DNA from: Methanosarcinales archaeon | GTDB lineage: Archaea; Halobacteriota; Methanosarcinia; Methanosarcinales; Methanocomedenaceae | Reading direction: 5' to 3' | NCBI GenBank assembly: GCA_030627385.1 | Contig: DAOUSF010000002.1 | Location: 662-64,661, forward strand | Length of the DNA: 64,000 bases | Shown: piece after piece, positions 9,462 to 20,207 of the stretch | How the letters are laid out: the number at the start of each line of letters is the position of its first letter | How positions within the stretch are numbered: the stretch's first letter is position 1 | Notes under the pieces: model-generated | Databases searched by the model: none | The model's input: the letters and a program-made list of their open reading frames with translations, nothing else | What the model was told of the DNA's origin: nothing | Translations under genes and position numbers: made by a program

Positions 9462-9759
9462 GGTAATTTATAGCATTATACTGATATAGTCTGGTACAAA
9501 ATATATCAATATAGTGATAAAGATGTAAGCTCTTAGCTTAAAAAGCGGTGCCAACAAATTCCAGCTTGAGGCTGCCATGTCAGACCACATTACTGGCAAA
9601 GGAGAAGTTGTCTGGAAATACAGACGGTAAAACATCTTTTCCTATTCGATTTTGATAAGTTTCCTGTTCTCAAAATCCCGTGCCCGGATGTATGCACACA
9701 TCCTGTATTCCAGTGAATAAGCGATAGGTACAAGTGGGATTCAGTGATATTAATAATAC

Positions 9760-10314
9760 ATGTCCGACCTACTGGAAAAATCCCTGGAAGCAGCTCCTAT
9801 CGTGAACCGTGGTGAGTATAATTATTTCATACATCCTATTACTGACGGAGTTCCATATCTGGAACCTGCCCTGCTAAATGAAGTGACTGACAGGATAATA
9901 GCTGTTGCCGAACCAGGCTTTGATAAGATACTTACCATTGAAGCTATGGGTATCCATATCGGAACAGCCCTGGCCCTCAGGACCGGTAAACCCATGTCCA
10001 TAGTCCGAAAACGTCCGTATGAGCTTCCGAATGAGGTGAAGATACACCAGGCTACTGGCTATTCTAAAGGAGAACTGTACCTGAACGGGATATCAGCAGG
10101 TGAGCGTTTGATCATAATCGATGATGTGGTCAGCACAGGCGGGACGCTGGAAGCTGTGTGTCAGGCCGTGGGGATCGCGGGTGGAATTATCGTGGATACC
10201 GTTGTGGTCATTGAGCGGGGAGATGGTGCAAAGCAGCTCAGACAGGCGGGTTTGCCTGTGAAGACCCTGGTACGGGTCGATGTTGGTCCCGAGGGTGTGG
10301 AGATATTAGGATAG
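9760..10314 (+). CDS. hpt: Hypoxanthine/guanine phosphoribosyltransferase, archaeal type
   Basis: [23 protein letters not shown], and the PRPP loop [12 protein letters not shown]. Confidence 0.8.
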   Translation: MSDLLEKSLEAAPIVNRGEYNYFIHPITDGVPYLEPALLNEVTDRIIAVAEPGFDKILTIEAMGIHIGTALALRTGKPMSIVRKRPYELPNEVKIHQATGYSKGELYLNGISAGERLIIIDDVVSTGGTLEAVCQAVGIAGGIIVDTVVVIERGDGAKQLRQAGLPVKTLVRVDVGPEGVEILG

Positions 10315-10330
10315 TATATTCATCGCAGCC

Positions 10331-11332
10331 ATGAACAATTCATCCTTTCTTGATATCTTTGATTTTGATCTGGAACGAGTAGTTGACCTGATCAACCGAT
10401 CAAAAGCAAGGACTGTGGGTCTCCAGTTCCCGGAAGGATTTAAGAGGCAGGCATTTTCCATAGCAAGGGAACTGGAAGATAAAACCGGGACTGTTGTGAT
10501 GGTATCCGGCAACCCTTGTTTCGGGGCTTGTGATGTCGATATGGCACTTAAAGGGTCTGTGGATATCCTGTTCCATTTCGGGCATTCCGAACTTGTGGAC
10601 GGGATGGATAATGTAATTTTCATGGAAACACCGGCCAGGGTGGATATCGGGCATGTGGTTGAAATTGCGGGCGTTAAACTGGATGCAGGCACAGTAGGTC
10701 TTGTGACCACTGTCCAACATGTCCATCAACTGGACAAGGCCAGGGATATCCTGGGATCAAAAGGTATGTCGTGTGTTGCAGGTATCGGTGATTCACGGAT
10801 CAAATATCCGGGACAGTTGCTGGGGTGTAACTTTTCGGCTGCCGAGGTCAAATGCGACAGTTACCTGTATATCGGAAGCGGGAAGTTCCATCCATTGGGT
10901 GTGGCAGTGGCAACCGGGAGCAAAGTACTGGCAGCTGACCCCATGTTGAACACTGTTGAGTGGGTGGACCCTGAAAGGATATTGCGGCAAAGGGGTGGGG
11001 TGATAGCCACTTGTCTAGATGCTATTTCCTTTGGCATAATCGTTTCCACAAAGATAGGGCAGGAGAGAATGGTACTGGCACGACGGTTGGCCGAACTTGC
11101 TAAAAAGCATTGTAAGGAACATATCATAATTTCACTTGACAATATCACTCCTGAAGCTTTGTTGCAATTCAAGGTGGATGCTTTTGTAAATACGGCATGT
11201 CCACGCATTGCGATAGATGAGGGGGGCCGGTTCAATGCGCCTGTGCTTACGCCAGTAGAGTTTGAGATTGTGCTCGGGGAGCGGGATTGGGCTGACCTGG
11301 TGTTCGATGAGATAAGGGATGATACTGTGTAG
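10331..11332 (+). CDS. dph2: Diphthamide synthase Dph2 (2-(3-amino-3-carboxypropyl)histidine synthase)
   Basis: 333 aa. Conserved [23 protein letters not shown] and NTACPRI motifs. Confidence 0.85.
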   Translation: MNNSSFLDIFDFDLERVVDLINRSKARTVGLQFPEGFKRQAFSIARELEDKTGTVVMVSGNPCFGACDVDMALKGSVDILFHFGHSELVDGMDNVIFMETPARVDIGHVVEIAGVKLDAGTVGLVTTVQHVHQLDKARDILGSKGMSCVAGIGDSRIKYPGQLLGCNFSAAEVKCDSYLYIGSGKFHPLGVAVATGSKVLAADPMLNTVEWVDPERILRQRGGVIATCLDAISFGIIVSTKIGQERMVLARRLAELAKKHCKEHIIISLDNITPEALLQFKVDAFVNTACPRIAIDEGGRFNAPVLTPVEFEIVLGERDWADLVFDEIRDDTV

Positions 11333-11378
11333 TAAGGTTATTAAATATTGAATTTAATTGGTATCTGAGGTGACCTGT

Positions 11379-11519
11379 ATGTCGAAATTTAAAAAAAGAG
11401 ACTTGGAACGTAAAGGTGAAAAGAAAGAACAGACTCTTGAAAAAAAATTGATTGAGGACAATCTTGAGTCTTTGACAGGGTCAGAAGGGGAAATCGCAAA
11501 ATTACCCGAAGAGGAGTAG
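11379..11519 (+). CDS. Small highly charged hypothetical protein (46 aa)
   Basis: Not in the track (under 60 aa). GAGGTGA, 5 nt, then ATG. Translation MSKFKKRDLERKGEKKEQTLEKKLIEDNLESLTGSEGEIAKLPEEE, ending in TAG. Confidence 0.35.
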   Translation: MSKFKKRDLERKGEKKEQTLEKKLIEDNLESLTGSEGEIAKLPEEE

Positions 11520-11525
11520 TTCCTG

Positions 11526-11732
11526 TTGCAGGTAAGGATAAAGATACTTGCCGGAGGCGCCCTTGAAAAAACAATTGAAATAGAAGAAGGAAGTACTTAT
11601 AGTGATATCCTTGCAGAACTGGGGATCAATCCTGAGACTGTTGTGGTGATGGTCGAAGGCAGGCCGGTACCTATAGATGATTTTGTGGATTCCAGTCAAA
11701 TTGATATCCTGAAAATCGTATCAGGAGGATGA
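11526..11732 (+). CDS. Ubiquitin-like ThiS/MoaD/SAMP-family protein ending in Gly-Gly
   Basis: 68 aa with a beta-grasp-like sequence that ends SGG before the stop. TTG start. Confidence 0.65.
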   Translation: MQVRIKILAGGALEKTIEIEEGSTYSDILAELGINPETVVVMVEGRPVPIDDFVDSSQIDILKIVSGG

Positions 11733-12332
11733 TTAACTACGGATAAGCCTCCATCCTGAGCGCAGTACCCCTGGGTTGGTAGCAAACCTTGTTATTGGCA
11801 CTACGACCGTAATTGGAGTGAAAGCCGTGGCAAGGTCCAGGTCCCAGTCCAGTACAGGCTGCGTGAAATCAGGTGTAAAGGAAATATTGTACTGACACGG
11901 TAGAGCGTGCAGATATCCTGTCAACATACCAGTGTAGGCGGGATCCTCCAGACCGTAGACAGTATCCAGTTTAAAATGCCTGAATTTAAATATGGATAGC
12001 AAATCCCTGATAAGCCGCATTAACGGTCCTATTATAGGTGTGAAATTCTTTACTTGTGGAATGGATCGGGATTCAACGGATTTTTCTATGTCCTTTGTCT
12101 CAGGTGTTTTTTCTTTATATTGGCTATGGATCAACGTGCGGCCCAGGATGAGTATATCTGTTTGTTTATCCTTTAACTCATATTGAATGGCAAGTATCAG
12201 CCAGCTTACGCTGAGACTACCGTCTATTATTCCTTCTGACCCGGAAGACCGGGCACGGATAGTAACAGGGAATAGCAGTACGACTAAGATCATTACTATT
12301 ACTATTACTATTCCCATCAGGAGCCAAATCAT
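11733..12332 (-). CDS. DUF2953-like membrane-anchored protein (YtfI-like)
   Basis: N-terminal TM helix. Sits directly downstream of a GerW/YtfJ homolog, as in the Bacillus ytfI-ytfJ pairing as I recall it. Confidence 0.55.
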   Translation of the reverse strand: MIWLLMGIVIVIVMILVVLLFPVTIRARSSGSEGIIDGSLSVSWLILAIQYELKDKQTDILILGRTLIHSQYKEKTPETKDIEKSVESRSIPQVKNFTPIIGPLMRLIRDLLSIFKFRHFKLDTVYGLEDPAYTGMLTGYLHALPCQYNISFTPDFTQPVLDWDLDLATAFTPITVVVPITRFATNPGVLRSGWRLIRS

Positions 12333-12350
12333 TTTAATTATGATTGGTTT

Positions 12351-12734
12351 TTAGTTGGTCTCGGTTTCACCAGTTTTCGCCTTATTTTTCTCTTCCATCA
12401 TCGATTTGCATTTTTCCACCATTTCCGGCATTATCTCGGTAAGCTGGGCCAATGCACCTTTTCCCTTGATGGTGAATAGCTGGACATCCTCTGCTGTCAC
12501 CACAAGGAAAGCTATGGGTTGAATTGAAGCACCACCACCCCCACCACCGCCGGTACCTTCCTCACCTGCTTTCTTTTTGCCTTCACCACCACCACTGCCA
12601 AAACCAAAGCTGACTTTGGTAACTGGTATGATGGTCTTACCTTCAACGATAATATGTTCTCCAATCACGGTCTTGGTGGAGACCATGTCGGCAATCTCTT
12701 CTGTAATGGTCTTTAATAAATCATCCACTATCAA
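12351..12734 (-). CDS. GerW/YtfJ-family protein
   Basis: KTVIGEHIIVEGKTIIPVTKVSFGFGSGGGEG, a Gly-rich loop, then IQPIAFLVV. This is the typical Spore_YtfJ pattern. Confidence 0.7.
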   Translation of the reverse strand: MIVDDLLKTITEEIADMVSTKTVIGEHIIVEGKTIIPVTKVSFGFGSGGGEGKKKAGEEGTGGGGGGGASIQPIAFLVVTAEDVQLFTIKGKGALAQLTEIMPEMVEKCKSMMEEKNKAKTGETETN

Positions 12735-13035
12735 AATTCAAACCTCCACGATTCTGTATTAATTTGGTTGTGTGTTAAAGTATATGTATCTATCCCTAAA
12801 AATAGTACTTCTGAATAGCCCACTGACGTATGACCTGCTCTACTTTCACATGGAGTGTAGATTTGACTGATTTGAGTTGCTAAAAGGGTTAAGGCAATTG
12901 TTTTCATTTGGAACTACTTATAATTGGAGATACGTGTTGAAGCCATAATTATTATATAGAAGTACAAACACTTACAAGTGCTCTAATTATATTATTAATA
13001 TTACAGGGATCATAATTACCGGAGGAAGAAGATCA

Positions 13036-14688
13036 ATGGCAGGATTAGGCGGACAGCCTATAATAATTATTGACCCGGAAAAAAGCAGGACGACAGGCCG
13101 GGACGCACAGTCATCGAATATCATGGCAGCAAGGACAATTGCAAATGCTGTGAAAACCACATTGGGACCCAAAGGCATGGATAAGATGCTGGTCAATGCC
13201 GTGGGTGACATAACAGTTACCAACGATGGCGCAGCTATACTGCAGGATATTGATATCCAGCACCCTGCAGCCATGATGATGGTGGAGATATCAAAGACCC
13301 AGGAAAAAGAAGTGGGAGATGGTACTACCAGTGCCGTGGTCCTTGCAGGAGAACTGCTGGGCCAGGCTGAAAAACTGATCGAACTTGATGTTCATCCCAC
13401 AGTTATCATCAAGGGTTTCAGGCTTGCAGCTGAAAAAGCACAGGAAATCCTGGAATCCAATGCAATCGGAATTACAGCTGAAGATACCGAAACACTCAGA
13501 AAGGTTGCACTCACTGCACTTTCAGGCAAGGGCAGCGAGATGGCACTGGACGACCTGGCAGATTTAACAATAAATGCTATCCAGACCATTACAGATAATG
13601 GAGAAGCAGATATACGACACAATATACAGATCATTCACCAGAGGGGGGGTTCTATAAAGGATACACATCTTCTCAAGGGTATGGTGATCGATAAGGCCAG
13701 GGCCCACAAGAATATGCCAAAAAGTTTAAAAAATGCAAAAATTGCGATTCTGGATGTTGGCATAGAGGTACAGAAAACTACCATAAGTGCCAAGATCAAG
13801 ATATCAACCCCCGATGAACTGGAAGAAGCATACAGTGACGAATACGAGACAGTAAAAGAACAGGTGGACAGCCTGATAGCCAGCGGGGCCAATGTAGTGG
13901 TCACTGAAAAAGGGATAGACGATATATCCCTGCATTACCTTGCCAAGAATAACATCCTGGCCATAAGGAGGGTCAAGGAGGAAGAATTGAAAAAGATCGT
14001 TCGTGCAACCGGTGCTGTGATCAGGTCCAATGCCATGGACGTATCCCCGGAAGACCTGGGTAATGCCGAACTGGTCGAAGAGAGAGGAATTGGCAATTAT
14101 AAGATGATCTATTTCGAGGGATGCGATAATCCCAAAGCTGTGACAATATTAGTCCACAGTGGTGCTGATTTTATCACAGATGAAGTTGACAGGGCATTAG
14201 ACGATGCACTGAATGTAGTAAAAGTGGTCCTGAAGGAAGACAAGATCATGTTCGGTGGCGGTGCACCTGAAATTGAGGTTGCAATGCAGCTAAGGGAATA
14301 TGCCCCATCATTAAGCGGACGTGAGCAGCTGGCCGTAGTTGCATTTGCCGATGCAATGGAAGGGCTGCCAAGGAGCCTTACAGAAAATTCAGGCCTTGAC
14401 CCTGTAGACATCCTGGTAAAATTGAGGGTCGAACATAAGAATGGTAACAATACCGCAGGTCTGAACGTGCTGACCGGTGAAGTCATGGATATGAAAGATA
14501 CCAGTGTGGTCGAGCCGTTAAAGGTAAAGATCCAGTCAGTAAAATCCGCGAACGATGCTGTTGCAATGATCCTGAGGGTAGATGATGTATTTGCATCAAA
14601 ATATACCGGCCTGATGGATGTAAAACCCGAACACAGAATGGATAGCTATGATGGTATTGAGGCTCCTGATATTGGAGATGATTATTAG
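13036..14688 (+). CDS. ths: Thermosome subunit (group II chaperonin)
   Basis: 550 aa. Motifs [39 protein letters not shown]. Confidence 0.95.
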   Translation: MAGLGGQPIIIIDPEKSRTTGRDAQSSNIMAARTIANAVKTTLGPKGMDKMLVNAVGDITVTNDGAAILQDIDIQHPAAMMMVEISKTQEKEVGDGTTSAVVLAGELLGQAEKLIELDVHPTVIIKGFRLAAEKAQEILESNAIGITAEDTETLRKVALTALSGKGSEMALDDLADLTINAIQTITDNGEADIRHNIQIIHQRGGSIKDTHLLKGMVIDKARAHKNMPKSLKNAKIAILDVGIEVQKTTISAKIKISTPDELEEAYSDEYETVKEQVDSLIASGANVVVTEKGIDDISLHYLAKNNILAIRRVKEEELKKIVRATGAVIRSNAMDVSPEDLGNAELVEERGIGNYKMIYFEGCDNPKAVTILVHSGADFITDEVDRALDDALNVVKVVLKEDKIMFGGGAPEIEVAMQLREYAPSLSGREQLAVVAFADAMEGLPRSLTENSGLDPVDILVKLRVEHKNGNNTAGLNVLTGEVMDMKDTSVVEPLKVKIQSVKSANDAVAMILRVDDVFASKYTGLMDVKPEHRMDSYDGIEAPDIGDDY

Positions 14689-14742
14689 ATCAGACAGGCA
14701 ATAGTACGGAAGGATAAACACTGTATTACATAGAGGTTTGAT

Positions 14743-15324
14743 ATGGGGAAGAATAAGGACGTCGAGGTTGACCCATCATTGAATGACACAGTTGAAGATT
14801 CTGAAGAGCAAATGGTCGAGACTGAAGAAATAACAGTGAAAGAACCTATTAGTGAACTAGAGGAATCCGGCCAATTAGCGTCAGAGTACCTGAACCATTT
14901 GCAGCGGCTTCAGGCAGAGTTCGATAATTACAAAAAGAGAGTGGACAGGGAAAAGGCAGAACTTATTGAATATGCCAGCGCAAAACTGGTATCAGAGTTA
15001 ATTGACATAATGGAGAACCTTGAACGGGGTGTGGCAAGTGCAAAAGAATCTGATGATATCGATTCCATTGTCAAGGGAATGGAGATGGTCAGCAACCGGT
15101 TGAAGGATATTCTTGGATCCAGGGGTTTTAAACCCATAGAAGCTGTGGGTAAAAAGTTCGACCCCCATTACCATGAAGCAATGATGATGACCCCAACTGA
15201 TGAATACCCTTACAATACAGTGATTGAGGAGTTCCAGCAGGGATATATGATGAAGGATAAGGTGTTACGGTATTCCAAGGTCAGGGTATCGGTAAATGAA
15301 GATAACAACGAGAATCGCGAATAA
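14743..15324 (+). CDS. grpE: Nucleotide exchange factor GrpE
   Basis: LQRLQAEFDNYKKR and FDPHYHEAM motifs. Located upstream of dnaK. Confidence 0.9.
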   Translation: MGKNKDVEVDPSLNDTVEDSEEQMVETEEITVKEPISELEESGQLASEYLNHLQRLQAEFDNYKKRVDREKAELIEYASAKLVSELIDIMENLERGVASAKESDDIDSIVKGMEMVSNRLKDILGSRGFKPIEAVGKKFDPHYHEAMMMTPTDEYPYNTVIEEFQQGYMMKDKVLRYSKVRVSVNEDNNENRE

Positions 15325-15365
15325 TATAAGTTTATGAATTATTATTGTAAGATGAGGTGAATTGA

Positions 15366-17252
15366 ATGGCAAAGATAATTGGAATTGACCTGGGAACAAG
15401 CAATTCTGCGGCTGCTGCACTTATCGGAGGCAGGCCGACAATAATTCCCAGTGCCGAGGGAGCAAGTGTAGGTGGAAAGGCATTCCCGTCTGTTGTGGCT
15501 TTTACTGAGGATGGGCAAAGACTGGTAGGTGAACCTGCACGAAGACAGGCCGTTACTAATATTGAAGGTACTGTAATGGCAATCAAGCGAAAGATGGGGA
15601 CCGGAGAAAAGGTTAAGATCAAGGATAAGGAGTTTAGTCCACAGGATATATCTGCTTTTATCCTACAGAAAATAAAACAGGATGCTGAGGCTTTCCTGGG
15701 TGATACGGTAGAAAAAGCTGTCATTACAGTCCCTGCATATTTTAACGATAACCAGAGACAGGCGACCAAGGATGCGGGAGAGATCGCAGGACTTGAAGTG
15801 GTTCGGATAATCAACGAGCCCACCGCCGCATCACTGGCATATGGCCTGGATAAAAAATCAGACCAGATGATACTGGTATATGATTTCGGTGGCGGTACAC
15901 TGGATGTTAGTCTCATGGAAGTGGGAGGTGGTGTCTTCGAGGTCAAATCCACATCGGGAGATACACAACTTGGTGGTACTGATATGGACAATTTGGTGAT
16001 TGACTATATTGCCGAAGATTTCCTTAACAAGGAAGGAATCGATCTCAGGTCTGACAAGACTGCAAACCAGCGTCTGCGGGAAGCCGCTGAGAAGGCAAAG
16101 ATTGAGCTTTCCACAACAATGCAGACTTCAATCAACCTGCCCTTTATTACTGCCAACCAGGCAGGCCCAAAACACATGGAAATGACACTTACCAGATCAA
16201 AACTGGAAGAACTGGTCATGCCGATTATTGTGAAGACCCGCCAGCCAATGGAACAGGCAATTAAGGATGCCGGATTAAGCACATCTGATATTAGTACAAT
16301 TATTTTAGTAGGCGGGCCTACAAGGATGCCTGTTGTACAGAAGTTCGTAAGCGATATTGTCGGTAAGGAAGCCGAGCACGGCGTGGACCCGATGGAATGC
16401 GTGGCTATGGGTGCTGCTATCCAGGCCGGTGTGCTGGAAGGCGATGTCAAGGATGTGCTGCTGCTGGATGTTACGCCTCTGTCCCTTGGTATTGAGACCA
16501 TGGGTGAGGTGTTTACCCAGCTAATCGAGCGCAATACTACAATACCAACCAAGAAGAGCCAGATATTCAGCACGGCCGCGGAGAACCAGACCTCTGTGGA
16601 TATACATGTGCTCCAGGGCGAGCGTGCCATGGCCCACGATAACACCACACTCGGACGGTTCACGCTGGTAGGAATTCCACCTGCACCAAGAGGTATTCCC
16701 CAGATCGAAGTGACCTTTGACATTGATGCCAACGGTATCATCCATGTGACCGCACAGGACAAAGGCACAGGCAAGGAACAAAAGATCACAATTACGGCAC
16801 CACATAAGCTTTCAGAGGATGAGATCAAGTCAAAGATAAATGATGCCGAACAGTTCGAAGAGGATGACAAAAAAGCAAAGGAACTGATTGAGCTTAAGAA
16901 CCAGGCCGATACACTGGCATATACTACAGAAAAAGCCCTGTCTGATCTTGGTGATAAGGTCACTGAAGACCAGCGCAAGACCATTACTGAAAAGATCGAG
17001 AAGACCAGGGAGTCCATTGGTACGGATGATAAGGACCAGATACAGTCAGCCGTTGACGAACTGACCAAGGAGATGCAGGCCATCAGCACCATGATATATG
17101 AACAGGCTGCCAAGGAACAGCAGGCGGCAGGTGGTGCGGGAGCAGAAGCCGAGACCGGTGATGCGGGATCCAAAGACGGGGCTGGTGAAGCTACTGACGA
17201 AAATGTAGTGGATGCCGAATATGAAGTAGTGGACGAGGAAAAGGATAACTGA
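15366..17252 (+). CDS. dnaK: Hsp70 chaperone DnaK
   Basis: [32 protein letters not shown]. Confidence 0.97.
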   Translation: MAKIIGIDLGTSNSAAAALIGGRPTIIPSAEGASVGGKAFPSVVAFTEDGQRLVGEPARRQAVTNIEGTVMAIKRKMGTGEKVKIKDKEFSPQDISAFILQKIKQDAEAFLGDTVEKAVITVPAYFNDNQRQATKDAGEIAGLEVVRIINEPTAASLAYGLDKKSDQMILVYDFGGGTLDVSLMEVGGGVFEVKSTSGDTQLGGTDMDNLVIDYIAEDFLNKEGIDLRSDKTANQRLREAAEKAKIELSTTMQTSINLPFITANQAGPKHMEMTLTRSKLEELVMPIIVKTRQPMEQAIKDAGLSTSDISTIILVGGPTRMPVVQKFVSDIVGKEAEHGVDPMECVAMGAAIQAGVLEGDVKDVLLLDVTPLSLGIETMGEVFTQLIERNTTIPTKKSQIFSTAAENQTSVDIHVLQGERAMAHDNTTLGRFTLVGIPPAPRGIPQIEVTFDIDANGIIHVTAQDKGTGKEQKITITAPHKLSEDEIKSKINDAEQFEEDDKKAKELIELKNQADTLAYTTEKALSDLGDKVTEDQRKTITEKIEKTRESIGTDDKDQIQSAVDELTKEMQAISTMIYEQAAKEQQAAGGAGAEAETGDAGSKDGAGEATDENVVDAEYEVVDEEKDN

Positions 17253-17290
17253 TTCCTTTCCTTAACTTTTTTTATTAATTACACAAAATA

Positions 17291-18451
17291 ATGGCTGATA
17301 AGCGCGATTACTATGAGATACTGGGCGTTAATAAGGACGTCAAGGAAGATGAACTGAAAAAGGCCTACAGGAAGTTGGCATTACAGTACCATCCTGACCG
17401 CAATAAAGAGGCTGGTGCTGAAGATAAGTTCAAGGAGATCAGCGAAGCCTATGCAGTGATTAGCGACTCGGAAAAGCGCATCAAGTACGACCAGTTCGGG
17501 CATGCCGGAGTTGACGGGCGCTGGAGCCAGGAAGATATCTTCAGGAGTGCTAACTTCGAAGACCTGTTCAGGGGTTCAGGTGGCGGCGGTGGTTCCGGGG
17601 ATAGTATATTTGATATTGTTTTTGGCGGCAGGGGTCGCAGGCGCGGTGGTCCACAGAGGGGGTCTGACCTTAGATATAGTATGACCATATCTTTTGAGGA
17701 TGCGTTCCACGGACTGGAGCAGAAGATCAGTATACCCCGGACAGAGAACTGTACCGTATGCAAGGGGAGCGGTGCAAAACCGGGGACTGTACCCAAGACC
17801 TGCGGTACATGCGGGGGGAGCGGCCAGTCTACCCGTGCACAGAATACGCCTTTCGGGCAGTTCATGACCACAAGTACCTGCCCCACATGCAGGGGCAGGG
17901 GCAAGGTGGTCGATGTTCCATGTACTGAATGTCACGGCAGCGGCAGGGTACAGAAGAAGCGGAAGATAAAGATTAAAGTGCCTGCCGGTATTGAAAGTAA
18001 TTCGAGGATGAGGGTGGCTGGTGAAGGTGAGCATGGAACTGCCGGCGGGCCGCCTGGTGACCTTTTCGTTGATATTTACGTGAAGCAGCATAAGATTTTT
18101 AAGCGCGTGGGGAACGATATATTGGTGGAGAATGATATCAGTTTTACCCAGGCTGCTTTGGGTGATGAGATTATAGTGTCTACTGTGGATGGGAAGGTGA
18201 AGCTAAAGGTTCCTGCCGGGACACAGACCGGGGCTACATTCAGGGTGAAGGGTAAGGGTTTGCCCTATATTCACGGGCACGGGCAGGGGGACCTGCATGT
18301 GAGGACGAATGTGAATGTGCCTAAAAAGTTATCCCATAAGCAGAAGGAGGTTCTGCGGGAGTTTGCCAGGCTCGGCGGGGAGAAGCCTGCAAATGAGAAT
18401 GAGAAGGGACTGTTCGAAAAGGTTGTTGACGGAGTGAAGGAGAAGATTTAG
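17291..18451 (+). CDS. dnaJ: Hsp40 co-chaperone DnaJ
   Basis: J domain with HPD (YHPDRN), G/F-rich region, and four CxxCxGxG zinc motifs. Confidence 0.95.
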   Translation: MADKRDYYEILGVNKDVKEDELKKAYRKLALQYHPDRNKEAGAEDKFKEISEAYAVISDSEKRIKYDQFGHAGVDGRWSQEDIFRSANFEDLFRGSGGGGGSGDSIFDIVFGGRGRRRGGPQRGSDLRYSMTISFEDAFHGLEQKISIPRTENCTVCKGSGAKPGTVPKTCGTCGGSGQSTRAQNTPFGQFMTTSTCPTCRGRGKVVDVPCTECHGSGRVQKKRKIKIKVPAGIESNSRMRVAGEGEHGTAGGPPGDLFVDIYVKQHKIFKRVGNDILVENDISFTQAALGDEIIVSTVDGKVKLKVPAGTQTGATFRVKGKGLPYIHGHGQGDLHVRTNVNVPKKLSHKQKEVLREFARLGGEKPANENEKGLFEKVVDGVKEKI

Positions 18452-18685
18452 GGTGGGGATTGTTCTTATCAACAACACAACAAGACCATATATATTTTTA
18501 TACATACCGTAAATAAGTCAATTTTTCACAGCCTTAAGTCTCTCTTTAACCTTCACTATCCGCAACAGCGCAGTATTATTGGGCGTCCCAATCCCGTACT
18601 CTTCCCCTAACCGGACAACTGCCCCATTGTACAGTGCCTTGTGCCAGATATCTGGAATAACATATTCCCTGGATAAGCTGGATTT

Positions 18686-18973
18686 CTAAAACATACGCTC
18701 AAGGGCATGCCTGGCAGGCATTCCCACTTCAATTCCCAGATCGGTGGCAGCCTGGGTGGCCTCTACCACACCGGATGCCAGCACGTCCTCGAAATTCCTG
18801 ACCCCCCTCACTTTTACAGCCACGTCGTCCAGTTGTTCTGCCATTGATATATCCAGGTATCCGCACATTACAAAACCCCTGGGTGCCCTTATGACCAGCA
18901 GCGGCGCATGTTCCATATCAATTTTCAGGCCCAGTGCCGTGCCGTTTTCCAGTTCAATGGATTCGATTAGCAT
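18686..18973 (-). CDS. DUF1805/YunC-like protein
   Basis: 95 aa. The pattern GFVMCGYLD .. VRGVRNFEDVL .. A..LGI..GM resembles the YunC family. Confidence 0.6.
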   Translation of the reverse strand: MLIESIELENGTALGLKIDMEHAPLLVIRAPRGFVMCGYLDISMAEQLDDVAVKVRGVRNFEDVLASGVVEATQAATDLGIEVGMPARHALERMF

Positions 18974-18976
18974 ATC

Positions 18977-19081
18977 TCAATCCAGTTTTTTCAGGTCAGT
19001 GGACTGGCAGTCAGGACAGGATAGCTTACTTCCCATTCCTTTGAATCTGTTTCCACATGCACTGCATTCATATCTTGTCAT
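18977..19081 (-). CDS. Zinc-ribbon mini-protein (34 aa)
   Basis: MTRYECSACGNRFKGMGSKLSCPDCQSTDLKKLD has two CxxC pairs. The longer 78-aa track ORF has an implausible N-terminus. Confidence 0.45.
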   Translation of the reverse strand: MTRYECSACGNRFKGMGSKLSCPDCQSTDLKKLD

Positions 19082-19236
19082 GGCAGCAGCGCTCAGGTCC
19101 ACGCTATCGGCAGCGCTTGAATCAACAAAACACATATTATACTGCACCTCATAAGATAGAAATCCGTAATAGGTAATAAGATTTCTGCTGAAACGGCAAA
19201 CACTGGCAAACACTTATATATCTCTTACAATATCAT

Positions 19237-20151
19237 ATGCGGAAAGTACTTATGCCATCTTTAGCCCAGGACAGAGGAAGTCCAGACCTGACAATACTTA
19301 TACCCTCATCCCTGACAGCAGAAACAAGGGACATGAAAATAAAGACATACAAGGTAGGGCAGATTGCAAGAGCAGCATCAGTATTCAGGGTCGGAAAGAT
19401 CATCATCTATCGCGACCCGCAATTCGATGACAGTAGGTTTATCGACCTGCTGCTGAGATATGCAGAGACACCACAGTACCTGCGAAAACACCTGTTTCCC
19501 CTCAGGGAGGAACTAAAGCATGCAGGGGTGTTACCGCCGCTAAGGACACTGCATCATCCAATCGAATCAAGATCATCGAACCTCAACGAAGGAGAATTCC
19601 GGGTTGGGGTAGTGGTCCCAGGACCGCAAAAAAAGAAAAGCGAGAAAAAAGTCGGATCTGACAAAAATGCGTGGGTCGATATCGGAATAGATAGCCCGGT
19701 CCGCCTCGAAGCACCTTCAAGGAAGGTGCAAAATGGCGAGCGCGTTAATGTCAGAATCTTTTCGCGAAGACCAATACAAGCAAAGCTGGTAACAAAGGAC
19801 GAGATTCCCATGTACTGGGGATACCATACAGCAGTAGAAGACAGCCTGTCAGGGGCGCTGGAAAAGATTTCAGAAGAAAATGCCCTGATAATCGCCACAT
19901 CCCGCCAGGGTACGTTGCTCGACAACACACTCCTGGCAAAGATTGGGGAGAGGACAAAGCAGTCTGATTATACTGCTGTGGTGTTTGGCTCACCCAGGCA
20001 AGGTGTAGAGGCCATACTGGCCAATGAGGGTTTCAAGCTCTCAGACTTCCATTGTGAAGTGCTAAATACCATACCCGAACAGGGAACAGCCACAGTAAGG
20101 ACAGAAGAGGCCGTATGGGCTACACTGTCTGCGCTGAACCTGGTCAGGTAA
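19237..20151 (+). CDS. SPOUT-family putative RNA methyltransferase (DUF171-like)
   Basis: LTILIPSSL .. IKTYKVGQIARAASVFRVGKIIIY is typical of the PF02598-type family. Start may be ATG 19252. Confidence 0.6.
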   Translation: MRKVLMPSLAQDRGSPDLTILIPSSLTAETRDMKIKTYKVGQIARAASVFRVGKIIIYRDPQFDDSRFIDLLLRYAETPQYLRKHLFPLREELKHAGVLPPLRTLHHPIESRSSNLNEGEFRVGVVVPGPQKKKSEKKVGSDKNAWVDIGIDSPVRLEAPSRKVQNGERVNVRIFSRRPIQAKLVTKDEIPMYWGYHTAVEDSLSGALEKISEENALIIATSRQGTLLDNTLLAKIGERTKQSDYTAVVFGSPRQGVEAILANEGFKLSDFHCEVLNTIPEQGTATVRTEEAVWATLSALNLVR

Positions 20152-20207
20152 GCAATTGATCGTCCCGCCAGAGCGAATAGGATAATCCTAAAACCAGGAG
20201 GAAGAGA

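Noticed and set aside
16004-17173. 389-aa ORF antisense to dnaK, plus similar long antisense ORFs in the protease (5321-5857), thermosome, glmM, cbf5 and dnaJ genes.
   Set aside because: They lie entirely inside strongly conserved genes on the other strand and have low-complexity Ser/Ala/Pro-rich translations with no motifs. These are typical shadow ORFs.
18518-18688. The TAG stop of the DUF1805 gene (18686-18688, minus strand) is followed in frame by 55 further sense codons (..EYVIPDIWHKALYNGAVVRLGEEYGIGTPNNTALLRIVKVKERLKAVKN) before a TGA. This raises the idea of pyrrolysine or amber read-through.
   Set aside because: TAG clearly terminates several conserved genes in this window (rpl23, dnaJ, secY and two CBS genes), so TAG is an ordinary stop here. 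The 95-aa protein already has full DUF1805 length. A 55-codon open stretch after a stop has a chance probability of several percent. It would only be worth revisiting if pylTSBCD genes are present in the genome and orthologs conserve the extension.
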